A stretch of 55,003 nucleotides of DNA, filler included, from Sluysia triapertura (Eukaryota): NCBI GenBank assembly GCA_046118255.1. It is 4 parts of 4 records of this genome, joined end to end, with 100 filler letters (N's around TTAATTAATTAA, not from the genome) between each part and the next. Parts side by side here need not be neighbours in the genome. Positions count along the whole stretch, not along the records: positions 1 to 11,698 come from JBJNIA010178474.1; positions 11,799 to 24,996 come from JBJNIA010045460.1; 2 more parts are not named here. The stretch is one strand, 5' to 3'. A program made the position numbers and the translations under genes. How positions within the stretch are numbered: the first letter of the stretch is position 1; each line of letters opens with the position of its first letter. Of this stretch, positions 1-12,838 are shown in pieces. The notes beneath the pieces were generated by a model, which saw only the letters and a program-made list of their open reading frames with translations, ran no database searches and was not told the DNA's origin.

Positions 1-2610
1 CCAGATGATATCTGTCATCTCAACTATCTTTTTACTTCTGACGATATCATCGACTTTGTCACAAGCCTCAACATACCTCAGGATCATCTCTTTATTTCTG
101 ACTTTGCCACTGAATCTCTCTTCCACGGTTCTCGTGCTCACAACGCCTTTATTAACATTAACAGTGCAGCTATATCGACAAAACTCTTTATCATAAACCT
201 GAATAAGCACTGGTTCCTGGTTGTGCCGATAAACACACTAGATTTGCGGAATTCTATGATTCTCTTACTACTGACCCAGATACATCTAGCTGTTCCAAGG
301 CGCAGAAAATCTTATCAACATTCTCTCTAGTATATAATTATCCTTCTTATTCTATTATCCCCTCTCGACCTCACACGTTGCAAACTAACTCCTTTGAATG
401 TGGACCTTTAGTATGTGCCTTTATTCAGCGACTATTTCAACAAAAGCACTGTACCCGCTTATGTGCCTCATCTATCAGGCCCATATGAAATATTTATGTG
501 TTGAAAAACGCCTTTCTGGAGCAGGCAAGATTTCTTCTACTTTATCTTACCGCTTCTATTTCAACCACTCGGAGTCCCTTATTTATTGCCTTATTGATCA
601 CTGTGGCAAAACTTTTACTCCAAATAATAATAACATTAATATTATTAGACATTTGGCCACTCACTCTCACAATCCTAAAGACACTACCTTATTCTGTTCA
701 CACTGTTCCCAAATATCAATTATTTCATCCCTCTCTAGTCACTCTGAAACTGTTACTACTACCTCACTAAAGTTTGAAAATCTTTTTGATATACCAGTCA
801 CTGAAAATGACTACCACAGTGTGCAATTGAGGCTTTTCTCTAGGAACATTTTTGTCCTGGCCATAAAACCAAGATTATAAAACCTGTTTGTTCTATCTTC
901 CTTTTAGCTGGTGATCTGTTCGGATTCTATAACTCCTTCTCTTTTACCTATATGATTCAATGGAAGATAATCTTTTGGCCAATACTCTGAGAGAAAAATC
1001 ATTGGCTACTTTTTATTGCAGATCGAGACACCAGCTCGTCTTATCTCTATGATCTTCTTGCCTCAAATAAACTTACTCAACTCCATACTGCCCTGAATGC
1101 AATCGTCGATGAGATATGTCTTCCCATTATTCAGCGAAGTGTTATTAACGCACAAGTTCTGTATTCTACACTTTTCCTACTTCTATTCCAGGTCTGGTAT
1201 TGAATGCTGCAATCAGCCTTTCAATATTGAAAATTTATTGCATTCTTCTATAGACAAAATATATAAATTACAACAATCCTACAAGGGCAATAAAAAGAAG
1301 TCATCCACTCATCCGATCTTGCTCAACGTAATCTCTCTTCTTTCCTCTGAAAGAAGTATTGATTCAACCTTTGCTCTTGAAATGGCCCACCGTGCTGTCC
1401 CTCCAAACACTAATACTAGGAAGAATACAAATCCTCCTGAGGAAACTGTACACTATCGAAGAGGTAAGAAATATCATGTCAAACCCAATAATCATATTAC
1501 CTCTAGCTACCTTCTCCGAAAAGCTTATGACAGGGAACCCTCTTCTGTAATCCATAAACTGCTTAGCGATGAAATTGTTGGACTTAAATACCCTCCAATG
1601 GAATCCATCATCTCTCACTTTTGTGCTTCGGAGTTTCCCAAATTTATCCAATATGACTTGTTAATCTTGACTGCATTTGAAGATTTCCTCACAGTCTTAC
1701 TCATCTGTGTAGAAGAAATCAAGACTGCTTTTCAACAAGTGATAAGTCTTCTTCTCAGGGTTCCTCTGGCATTTCCTTCTTGAACTGGAAACTTGTGTAT
1801 CCTGACTTTTACTTTTTGCTTTGCCTGTTTAACTATATCCACAGTACAGCTGATGTTCCTCAACATTGGAAAACTTTTCACACCCACCTAATTCTTAAAC
1901 TAGGAAAAAGTAGTGATTTCATTTTTCCATCTTCTTGGTGGCAGGGGCTATTGTCTTATCGGATTTACATTAAAATATTAAACCTAAGACTAATAGATTG
2001 GATCAAAGTTAGGAATCTTATTATCCCGATAGGGAAGGCATCAATCCATCCTGATGCTTGTCTTGCACATATTCACACTCTCCAGACTCTTTTATATGCC
2101 AGCACAACTCACTCTCCCAAACCTCCATTCTTTGTCTGCTGGCTTGATTCCGTGCCACACGATTGTCTGTTTTGGCTCTTTGAGAAATCTGGTTTGCAAA
2201 AACCAACACTCCTGCTACTGCAGAATCTGTACAAAGACAACTCATATGCACACTTCCTTGGCCGTCACACTTCCTGTAAAAGTTGATGTTAAACAAGGAT
2301 GTCCTTTGTCTATGATACTCCTTTTACTTGCCATCGAATCACTGCTTCGCTTTGTTATCCGTAGTGTTTCCGCCTTTACTTACTTGGGTTACTCGTTTAC
2401 TTGCCTTGCTTACGCTGATGATATCACGGTTGTATCAAACTCCTACCAATCTCTACAACAGACTTTAGATGAACTTACATCAATCTAAAATTTCGCCCTG
2501 ATAAATGTGGCTTCCTTAACACTGCCTCTTACTATTTATAATACCTCTGTTCTTATCATTAATTCAGAGTTACAATACACTTATCTTGGATCAAAAATTG
2601 GAAGTGCAAA
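1..2610 (+). mobile_element. Decayed non-LTR retrotransposon (NeSL/Utopia/R4-like): Ulp1-type cysteine protease, C2H2 finger and reverse transcriptase; frameshifted and 3' truncated
   Basis: Ulp1/C48-like motifs NKHWFLVV (His codon 208), FYDS (252-263) and QTNSFECG (381-404). C2H2 finger CLIDHC..HLATH (about 586-670). RT motifs VPQHWK, LDSVPH, VKQGCPLS, LAYADD (YADD 2411-2422), KFRPDKC and YTYLG are spread over several frames. Confidence 0.9.
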
Positions 2611-3349
2611 ACACTAGGTTTTATTTGTGATATTATTTGTAATTTCAATTGAAAATCCTTAATTTTATTTAAGAATTTTCGAGATTTAAGTTTTTTATAA
2701 TAATCAATTTTATTGCAAGACACCAAAATGTGTCAGAAATGCAATTTTTATTCATCAAGAAGTTATTTTCGTATGATATATATTGTGAAACAGTCGAACA
2801 TAACCAACATTACAATGATTACTTCCACTGTAACCCATACACACTTGTTGAGGCCAGATACATGAATGAATGATGGAAGGTGATCTTCCTCCCAATATTT
2901 ATTTTTTCTAATTAGTTCTGTCTTGAAATTCATAATTGAAATAATTACCGAATTTCGTATCGAAGACAGAAAGTTTTCTGTACATTTTGAGTAATTTTTC
3001 TAATTTTGTATTCTTTTCTTTCTCACAGAAAAGTGCAACATGTTTTGGTATCAAATGACAGCTCTTGTCATTATCTTTAATTTGATAAAACATTTTAAGA
3101 AAATATTATATTATGAAAGAATGAGTTAATGTGAAATATTAACGGTATCAGTTTTTGATGTATTTAGTGGCATGGAAGTATTGGTGAAATAAGTAGCAAG
3201 TTTAATTGCAACTGGATGAATATATTGTATTGTAGTAATGAAATCAATCAGAATGATGCTGGTACTACAGACACTAAAGGAGTTTACTCATCCACTAAGA
3301 CACAGTAGTTTTGAGGGTAGTTCATTTGATGGTAGCAGACTTCAATAAA

Positions 3350-3415
3350 TAGATGACCTGGAATCGAACCCTGGACCTGTGCAGTTCGATGCTCTGACCA
3401 CCGAGCTATCGGCCC
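3350..3415 (-). mobile_element. tRNA-derived SINE head or tRNA pseudogene with Pol III A and B boxes
   Basis: Minus strand reads GGGCCGATAGCTCGGTGGTCAGAGCATCGAACTGCACAGGTCCAGGGTTCGATTCCAGGTCATCTA. A box TAGCTCGGTGG, B box GGTTCGATTCC. The anticodon arm is shortened and the acceptor stem does not pair, so this is not a functional tRNA. Confidence 0.75.
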
Positions 3416-5689
3416 TGTCTAATAACTGTATTTACATTGTCTTTATTCTAAATGGCACTTTGGGCGTTTTCACCTGAACAATGAAATATTCCGAATGTTG
3501 TAATTCTCACCTCGTGGTGTTATTACAATCGCAATTTTATTAATTATTGAATTATAATTAAATAAATTATTTGTTAACACGGCATTGCATGAACAAATTA
3601 ATTGTCCACCAAATGCAGAACATCATCAAGATCAGGTAGACTACTGTTCTGAGGCGTCGACCACTTTCTTAATTACTATTTGAAGTTGGTACTCGTAACA
3701 ACAATATTAAAATACAAACACAAATATAATACAAAGAAAGACGATGTATTTCAATACAAATAACAACATGATTATCTGTTTCTCATTAAATCTGTACTGA
3801 TATTTTTATTATTGTCGTCGTATTTGTTTTGTTGAAAATAAAATCAAAAAGTGTTAAAGTGCTTTGTCCAATAATTTCACTGGCGTCATAGCAGCCATTG
3901 TTTGTGACGAATAAATATTTTCTTAATTTGCTGTCCATTTTAATTTAGGACTATTCAGTTTTGTCTAGATCATCCTTTGTATTACTTTTCGTAGTTCCTA
4001 CTCTTTCTTCTGCCAGGAAATTTAATGACACCACCGCACAGAATGTCTAATACCACTTACGAGAGCACGGTAATTTATTTCCTATTGGAACGTGAGGCAA
4101 ATTTTGCATCACAAAGTCTGATTCTCCGGCCGTAATACGATTTTAAATGTCACTGAGAAGTTGTGCTTGCGACTTTTCATTGTTGGTGCCGATCAGGTCC
4201 GAGAATGTTCTAAAAAATACATAATAATAATAAAATAAAGTACTTAAAATAAAACATAATATTTTATATTTTTAATAATAATAATAATCGACAAATCATT
4301 ACAGTGTTTCCGCCTTTTTTCAATTTTGTTATAATTATTAAATTTTATCAATCCTTATTTCACTTATTGTTAATTTTTATTTAAATTTTGCACATCGTAA
4401 TTAATTCAAAATTGAAATAATAATTTAATCAATTATTAATCAATTCTTGGAGATACTACTTTACTAGTAATGCTAATTACAGTTACCATAGTAATAATGC
4501 CAATTATCATGTAGTTGCTAGAAGTAGAGCTAATTACATGGTAACAGTAGCGCTGAGTCTGTGTAATACGAAAAAAAGTGTTGAATATTTATTTGTAGAA
4601 CATTTAAAGACAGTTCATATGAAAATGTACAAAATGTTCATTGTCCACAACGACTGGAAATTGATCGATTTAAGATTTAAATTAATAAGTTAAATATTTA
4701 ATTTTGATTTTTCCTTGTTCATATTAGTTAGCTTTATTTATTAGAGATCTTGTTTGTGGTTACTGAATCAATGGAATCTTTCTCAAGTCAACTTTCTACC
4801 GATATTTATGTATGTTTTAAATTGCGAAATATTTACGAAAAACACAAAGTTTTTCTATTTCATAAATAAATAGAATTATTATTATTATCATTATTATTAT
4901 CGTTATTATTATTACTATTACTATTATTATTATATCTGTTATTATTATGTCTCTGTTATATTAACCCCATGAGTCCTGATTTATTTGAACTTTTTTAAAA
5001 TTTTGAACATAATTTTAATTTTATTTTATAAACAAATCCAAAATATAATAATTTTATTCAGAAAACAAAATTGAATGAATAATACAAGATTGATTAAGAT
5101 AAACAAACATAAGTTAAATTTTAATAATTTTGAACAGAGTGGAACTTTTCGAAGCAGCTTAGTAGATGCAAAGGTACTTTGCATTGTTTGCTTTGCCAAG
5201 TAGTTATGATGATAACAAACGCGGAATCTTATTGATATGTACAATAATTAAGTCGCATTCCCGACTCCCTAGCAATTATCCAAACACTATAAAGAACCAC
5301 ATTTTCCTATCATTTAACACAAAAACAGAATAGAAGAAGATTATATACTTTTGCTGTAAGAAAGCTGATTCAATACACTGATCGGTGATTCTCGAGTTTT
5401 TATTATGTATTTATTGTATTCTCGTACTAACATTTATTTGTGTTGTGTAACACTGAGATTGAGTATTATAATTGGATTTCACTTGATTATCATAAAAGAC
5501 TGTGTTAATTGACTTAATTAATATTTGATTTTTATTGTGATATAGTTGTAATACATTGAGATTGAGACTCATTTAATTGTCTTTTATAATTTAAAGAATA
5601 TTAAAAAGATAAAAACACAACGTAAAGTTTATATAGATTTATAAATGTGTTTTTAAACAAAAAATAAGTTTATAATTTCAGATTTAACA

Positions 5690-8070
5690 TTTTATGCCAC
5701 AGAAGAGGAAGAAAAAGAAAATGAATACTGTATCTATGATATATTTCGTTCTTCCATTAGAATCTTTTGACGGTAATCCAGAAGCTTTATCAATTTTGTG
5801 AATAAATATCAACTTTAAGCTGGGTTTTGGCTGGGATGAGGATGCTACTAGATTGAAAAGGAAACGCAGTTGAGGCTTACTAAATATCCCTGATGGAAAT
5901 AAAAATGCGTGGAAAAATTTAATCGATGATTTTAGAAGTTAACTTTCTCCTGAAGACTCTAAATTTGTTAATTTTAAAACCTTTCGAAAGAGAATGCAAA
6001 ATAGTAAAGATACCGCCAGACAATTTTTATTTGATTTTAAACATTTAGCAAATAAGGCATGCCCAGTTTCACTCTTGAGCAAAAAATTGAGTTAATTACT
6101 GAAAAATTTATTGATCGATATAAGAAACCAATAATGACAACTTTTGATATTGGATATAACTAATTTAAATGAGTTAGTGCAAAAAGCGCCAAATATAGAA
6201 AGTAGAACAGGAATTTCGCACCAATTCAATGTGATGGCCATTGAGCCTATAATTCGAACAGATATAGATGGACAAATTAATAAATTTTCTAACAATCGCA
6301 GTAATTTTAAGTATAATATTTTTCTGATGATATAAGTCTTAAAAATGATAGGAAAAAGATTTATAATAATAATTATAATGGGAATAACGTAAAATGATTT
6401 CGACAGAAAACAGCGTTTATTAGATATGAGGCTAAATAAGTATAATAATGTAAAGCAACAAAATAGTGTATATTTACAAGTTAATCATGTACATTTTGCA
6501 AAAAGAGGCCATAATAAATGTAATTGTTGGTATCGAAATTCATTTGACACTAAAAATAGAAGTAATTCAAGAAAGAGAAATAATCAAAATCGTAGTAGAA
6601 GTCCAGTTTCTCAAATATTATGTAACCAAGTGGATTTCACTAATGAAGAAAATAAAAATTTAAAAGTAGTAATGAAAGAATTGACTCTACAATTACAAAA
6701 GCAAAGTTTAAATGAGGAAGTAACTCAAGATGATACCATGGATTCAAAAATTTCAGCACTTTTACACACATTGATATAAAAGGATTCAAACTTTGTTTGG
6801 GAGAGAACCAAAAGAAGCATTCAATATTCGGTTTTCAAAAAAATTAATATCTTATTCTATCTTAGGATTTCCAGATATGAATTTACCGTATATTACGACG
6901 GATACTAGCGGTTGTGCTATAGGAGGAGTGTTAGAACAAAAAGGAAGCGAAAATACAAAGGATTATGTTATTGCTTATGTTAGTAGAGCACTTAAACCGC
7001 ATGAAATTAATTATTCACTGATCGAAAGAAGCTTTGGAAATTGCTTTGCAATCAAACAATTTTATTATTACATATGGTCACTGAAAATATATTCATTCAC
7101 AATGGCTTCTGACGAACAAAGAGAAAGATGGTTTCTTTTATTACAAGAATATGATACGGACAAGTAAAGTCAAATGCAGATGCTGATTTTTTATCCAAAC
7201 TAGATGAAAAGCAGGATGTTTTTATAAATAATATTTTACTTGAATATCATAACGGAATTTTAGGAAGACATTTGTCGTTTAGACAAACTTTATGGGTAAT
7301 AATAAAAAGAATCCACTGGGAAAATAAAAAAGGATGCTATAAATAGGTGTGATAATTGTGAGATGTGTTTACGAAGAAAGGGCTGAAAAATAAAAAAATT
7401 TACGTGAAACCATTAATACTACAGCTGAACCAATGGAAATAACTGCCATGGATGTTGCGGTCTTCAATACTAAATATATCTTAGTATTTTCGGATTACTT
7501 TACAAGATGTCCAGAGGCAAAATCTATGCCAGATCGAAGAGAAGTAACAATAGAAAAAATTTTCATAGAAGAAATCGTTTTTAGATATGGTTAGCCGAAA
7601 AAAATGATTACGGATCAAGGTACTAATTTTACTAGTGAAATGATTACATAAATTTGTAACTTCTTCCAAATTAATAATAATTGGAACTATTTAACCGTAC
7701 ATTGATACAAATGCTATCTGCGTATACAAATGATCATCAAAATGTTGGGATAAATTCATGGCACCTTGTTTATTTGCATATCGCAATGTAATTCATGAAG
7801 CAACCAAAGAATCACCATTTTATTTAATGTACCTTAGAGAAAGTAGACTACCGGTGGATTTATCCTTGATACCTGATTAATCAAAATATTTAGAAGAAAA
7901 ATATTTATAAACATTGAAGGAGAGAATGAAAGAAGTATGGACAAGAGATAAGTTAAATGTAAAGTTCCATCAAGAATCATACAAGTAATATTACGATGGT
8001 ACGGTACATCCAGTAGAATTTAAAAATGGTGAGTTAATAATACTAAATACTCCTTTAAATGAAAACAATT
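5690..8070 (+). mobile_element. Decayed Ty3/Gypsy LTR retrotransposon internal region (gag, RNase H, integrase); protease and RT deleted
   Basis: Gag-like region with CCHC knuckle CTFCKKRGHNKCNC (6488-6527, 1-bp frameshift). RNase H FPDMNLPYITTDTSGCAIGGVLEQ..VIAYVSRALKPHEINYS. Integrase HHCC region (about 7240-7380), core TAMDV..DYFTR..ITDQGTNFTS and LFAYRN..TKESPFYLMY..RLPVDL. Confidence 0.9.
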
Positions 8071-9345
8071 CTGTTCATATAGTTCTAATATCAGCTACAT
8101 AATTCTCTACATTTAATAGTGTTGATAAATACTTAATATGGTTGGAGAAATTCATGAAATCGATAGAGACCAGTGACAATAAAATTTGTGAAAATTCCGA
8201 AGCAATACTCGATAGTCATTCTGATCTTGTAATAGGAATTTTCAAATTTCACGCTATTATTTATTTCATGACTTTATTTCCTGATTTAATTTGTATTTTA
8301 ATTTTTTCACGTTTCATGTTATAAAAGATTTTTTAATTTTATATAAACATGTTTATTGATGCTCTATAGTAAAATGTTTATAATATGAATTGATTTGTCT
8401 AGGTTTAAAGATTCTCTTTAAGATAATTATTTATTAACAAAAAATATATTTTTTACACTTAACTAAACGGTTCAACTGAAAGTTTCATTAAAAAATGCTG
8501 ATTAAATCATAAATTTCATGTAATTTATTTTTGTTAATTATAATTAAAACAATTCTTAAATAAATGCCTTATTTAAACTTAAAATAACATGAACCTACTA
8601 AAATTTTATTAAGTACTTTCTAAAGTAAATTAATTAATTTAGGAAAATTGGAAATATGTAGATTTTGTTATTCTCGTAAATATCCATTTATTTATTAGTT
8701 AAATGTATTTGAAACATATATGATATATAATCTATTGTTTATTTTAAGAGTCATCTAATGTAACATCATAAATATGAAATTTTTAGTTAAATTTATTAAT
8801 TATTATTAATGCAATTAAAATTATGTTCAAATTGTTTAGTGCTATTTTAGATAATTTAATTTTCAATGTTCAATAGTTATTATTTTTAATTAATATTATT
8901 GTTATTATTAATTATTATAATCATTTTTATTATTAATTAAATGTCACTGTTTAATAAATATTATTATTAATTGTATAAATTACTATCTATATTATTATAT
9001 TATTACTTAGTATTATTAATATTTTTGTTATTTAATATTAATTTCATTTTTATTATTAATTATTGATTATTTTAATTATTAATTAACAATTAATTATAAT
9101 TATTAATATGATTTCTTATTATATTATTATTTATTATTAATTATTTTTGTTATTAATATTAATACTATTTTATTTTTATTATTTTAATACTGTTATTAAT
9201 AATTATTATTAATATTATTATTTATTATTATTAATTTTATTATTATTACTTATTTTTATTATTAATTAATGCTGTTATTATTATGCATTACACATTATTT
9301 ATTTCTTGTAAAGAAGTTTTTTTATTTTAATTATATAATGTGAAA

Positions 9346-9440
9346 TGTTGTGCGTGAGAACTCAACGATCCTAAACTTATACACTTGGGGCTAGTTCGTA
9401 AGTATCAACAAGAATAATCTGTGGAGGTTTAATTAATATG
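9346..9440. repeat. Short dispersed repeat (possible LTR end), copy 1; related to 25859-25955
   Basis: cgtgagaactcaacgatcctaaacttatacactt matches cgtgagtcccctacaatcttagacttattcactt at 26/34 positions. Both are followed by ttcgtaRgta and tggaggtt, and both start with TG. Confidence 0.55.
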
Positions 9441-10408
9441 ATAAAATGACTATTTAATTAATAACGTTTTGTATTTTTGCGTCGGAGTTTGCTACCGTGT
9501 AATTAAAAACACTGTCCTTACTAAATCGAATTTATTAATGATAAATTTAAGTCGAAATTTACAACCGTCTAATTATAAATGGCACTCCTTATTTAGCTTT
9601 TTAAATAATCATATTTAATAAATTTAACAATTTTTAAGTTTATTAATAATATAATAAAGGATTGATAATCGATTGAAGTAATAAAAAATAGATAGTACAA
9701 TAATTTAAGAAAGATGACTTTATAAATAAAAGAGAATGTATTAAATAATAAAAATTTATTATGATTAATATATAATCAAAGTAATGAATTTAATCGAACA
9801 GAACACTTTAAAAAGTCTTTCAAAAATCATTAAATAAATTTTATCTATATTTTAATATTATATATTATTATTATATTGTTATTATTAATAATTATCATTA
9901 AATATTATTCTTTATTATTATTATTAATTTCATTTTTTATTTAATTAATTATTAAATATTATTTAATAATACCTATTTAGAATAGGTTTGCCTAACAAAA
10001 TGTAAACGACAATAGAAAAAAATTCTTTGTTGTACGTGTAAGATATAATAACTGTTAAAACCGAATAATAATTATAGAAGTTTGTATATTTGTGTGTGTG
10101 TGTGTGTCAAGGATTATAAGATCATATATTTATATGACGTAATATGAACTTGAAAGTTAGTAAAACAATTTTTTAAAGCAAAATTTTACAAAAATCTATA
10201 TTTTTTGTGTACAAACATTTAAGCAAATATTAATTTATTTAATAAATTTTAAACAAATTATTAAACCTAATATTTGTTGATTATTCGTACTTGTGTGTTA
10301 TTATTAATTAAATATATTTACACAATAACATATTAACATACTAAATTTAGAAAGTATTTACACAAACTAATTTTAGAGTATTGATTGGCATTATTATACA
10401 TTATTTTC

Positions 10409-10463
<55 letters not shown>

Positions 10464-10725
10464 TATATATTATTTATTATTATTATTAAATGAGTAATAA
10501 TTTTATAATATAATTATTTTCCGCTTTGCGGAAATAGATTAATAATGATAGATAGTTATATAAATTTCGAGTATATAAAATCAAGTTGTGGAGCTGTGCT
10601 CATGCAAATATTTGGTCTTTCGATTGGTTTAGTGTTATTTTTTATTTCACGTGTTTAAAAGCAGTGGTAACATTGGAGGAGTGTAAAAAATTTTGTGCGA
10701 CAACTATCAATATTAAAAATAAAGG

Positions 10726-11695
10726 TTGTCTTTATTTAATTATTTTAGTACAACTATACTGATATCTTTGTTTATATTTGGTAAAGTATCTAAGCAACAA
10801 GTATATTTGAATAACGATGTGTTACTCGTATTGGTAGAGGAAAATGAACCGCATGAAGTTAATATATATTTTAGAAACGACTTATTGAGGTCACTTAAAA
10901 CCAATATGGGTTGGAATAACTATGACTTTGGTACAAAGTGAAAATGTAAACTGGGTTGCTTATAACAATTACAAAGTTGATCAAATTAATGAAGCGTTTC
11001 AAATAATAATAAAATTCGATTACATAAAAATAATTTTGTTTTTATCAAAACTAATGATGTATGGGTATATTGAAGGAAATTCGATATTTGTATATTTAAG
11101 AAATAACTGTTGGGGTAGTAGAGTATCATGTAACTGTGATAAAAAAAGTAGCAGTAGAAGTTGGCAAACTTAAAAATAATTAGATGCAATAGATTTATCT
11201 AATATTATTGTTTAGAAGGAGGGGCCGGTTGAAACAGATAGTAAAAGGGCAACTTTAAAAGGCACTCGAAACAGAGAAAAACTTCTAAGACAATGTCTCA
11301 AATACATGGTATTAAAAATTTCACGTGGTTAGATGGTGTTGTTAGTGATGATGTTACGGATATGCTTATATGTAAAATTCATGAATTAATAACTATGAGT
11401 AAACATGATCATATATGGGAATGGGCAGTATCACGCAAAGATGTGGAAATTTTATATTCAGCAAAAAATGCTGATGGAATAAGATGTAAAATTGTTCAAG
11501 TTTCATTAACTAAAACTAATTTCATTCTTCAACGTGGTGCTAGGCTTAGTTATGAAGATACATATGCAAATTATTATGTAGATAATAAAATATGCTAGTA
11601 CCTAATTATAATGATCCTAATGATGCAATTTCTAGCAAAATAATACAAGCACAATATCCTGGACGTGATGTCGTAGGTATAGACGTACGATATAT
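10726..11695 (+). pseudogene. Bacterial-type agmatine deiminase / Porphyromonas-type peptidyl-arginine deiminase (PAD_porph) pseudogene with signal-peptide-like N-terminus; 3' end runs into an assembly gap
   Basis: Colinear family motifs across frames: ENEPHE (10840-10857), IWVGITMTLVQSENV, KTNDVWV..GNSIFVY, LEGG..VETD, NFTWLDGVVSDDVTDM, DVEILYSAKNADG, YANYYVDNK, LVPNYNDPND and YPGRDVVGIDVR. Several frameshifts and stops. Confidence 0.88.
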
Positions 11696-11698
11696 ATA

Positions 11699-11798
11699 NN
11701 NNNNNNNNNNNNNNNNNNNNNNNNNNNNNNNNNNNNNNNNNNTTAATTAATTAANNNNNNNNNNNNNNNNNNNNNNNNNNNNNNNNNNNNNNNNNNNN
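11699..11798. other. Artificial scaffold join (44 N + TTAATTAATTAA + 44 N)
   Basis: 100-bp spacer containing a six-frame stop linker; the same motif recurs at 25041-25052 and 38896-38907. Confidence 0.95.
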
Positions 11799-12242
11799 AC
11801 TTTTAACCCACTGATGTAGAACATAGTTTCTGTGGGACCCATCGTCCCATTGGTAGTCAAATGATTAATAAACAATGAACAACATAGTATATATGCAATA
11901 AATTTATATATAGAAATTTTATTACACTAAATCTTAATATTATAGAAATTAGATGATAAATTACGTATTCTAACATTGTAAAATTTTTAAATTTTAATAT
12001 TTTATATATAAAAATTTTATCATCCAACGAATATTTAAAAAGGAATAAATCAAACAACGAAGCTCAATACGAAAATAAAATTCGACGAATGCAATATTAA
12101 CTACTGAAGAAGACTATTTTTAACTATCATTATAATCCATGGAGAACATCATAGTACAATTATTTTATTAAGGCAGACAATTTCCAGATATCATTTTCTT
12201 TTTTGTAAGTGATTGGTTATTTAATAATTTAACTGTATAAAT

Positions 12243-12838
12243 CAAGCGTGCGCAAACATTTTAAGTTACACCCCATTTCAACATATTTATTTTTGGCGTC
12301 CACTACTTCATAAATAAAATAAACACCTTTTCCATAACAAAATGTATTTTTCTGTTTCTTATAAATTAAATAAACACCAGTTCTAATTCTTTAGCAAAAT
12401 TAAATTTTAATTATTTATATCAAAAATGCAATATTAAGTCTGTTAATATTTCACTTCTATGAAATATTAATGTTTTTGTTATTTAATAGCTGCTATTTCG
12501 CGATTGTGATAGCAGTTTGCTAACGTTATTTTTAGTTAACAGCTAAAAAATAGTAGAATACCAAATAACATAACATCTCTAGTGCACATGTATAATTACC
12601 TTATGACTTTGTAAGTATATTTGTTTCGAAATTTTATTCTTGATGATTGTTCTACATCAAGAACGTAAACTATGGAATTAGATGATGGAATTACTTGAAT
12701 TGGTAAAAAACAACAAAAATCATTCAAAGAAAACACCAAACTTTGTTTGTAAAATCGAACAATTTTAAAATATTTAGCGCACCAAAATTATTATCACGTG
12801 CCCACCCGGGGGTTCGCCCCCTAGTTTTCGCGCCTTTG
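12243..12838. mobile_element. Degenerate hAT-like MITE
   Basis: Left end caagcgtgcgcaaac matches the reverse complement of the right end (caaaggcgcgaaaac) at 11/15 positions and resembles hAT CAGGGGTGCGCAAAC termini. Subterminal sequence is GC-rich. No 8-bp TSD is recognisable. Confidence 0.45.

Noticed and set aside
3350-3415. Functional tRNA gene
   Set aside because: The acceptor stem does not pair and the anticodon arm is truncated.
3498-3535. HDV-like ribozyme core (CACCTCGTGGTG; similar at about 14132)
   Set aside because: The full nested double pseudoknot cannot be assembled.
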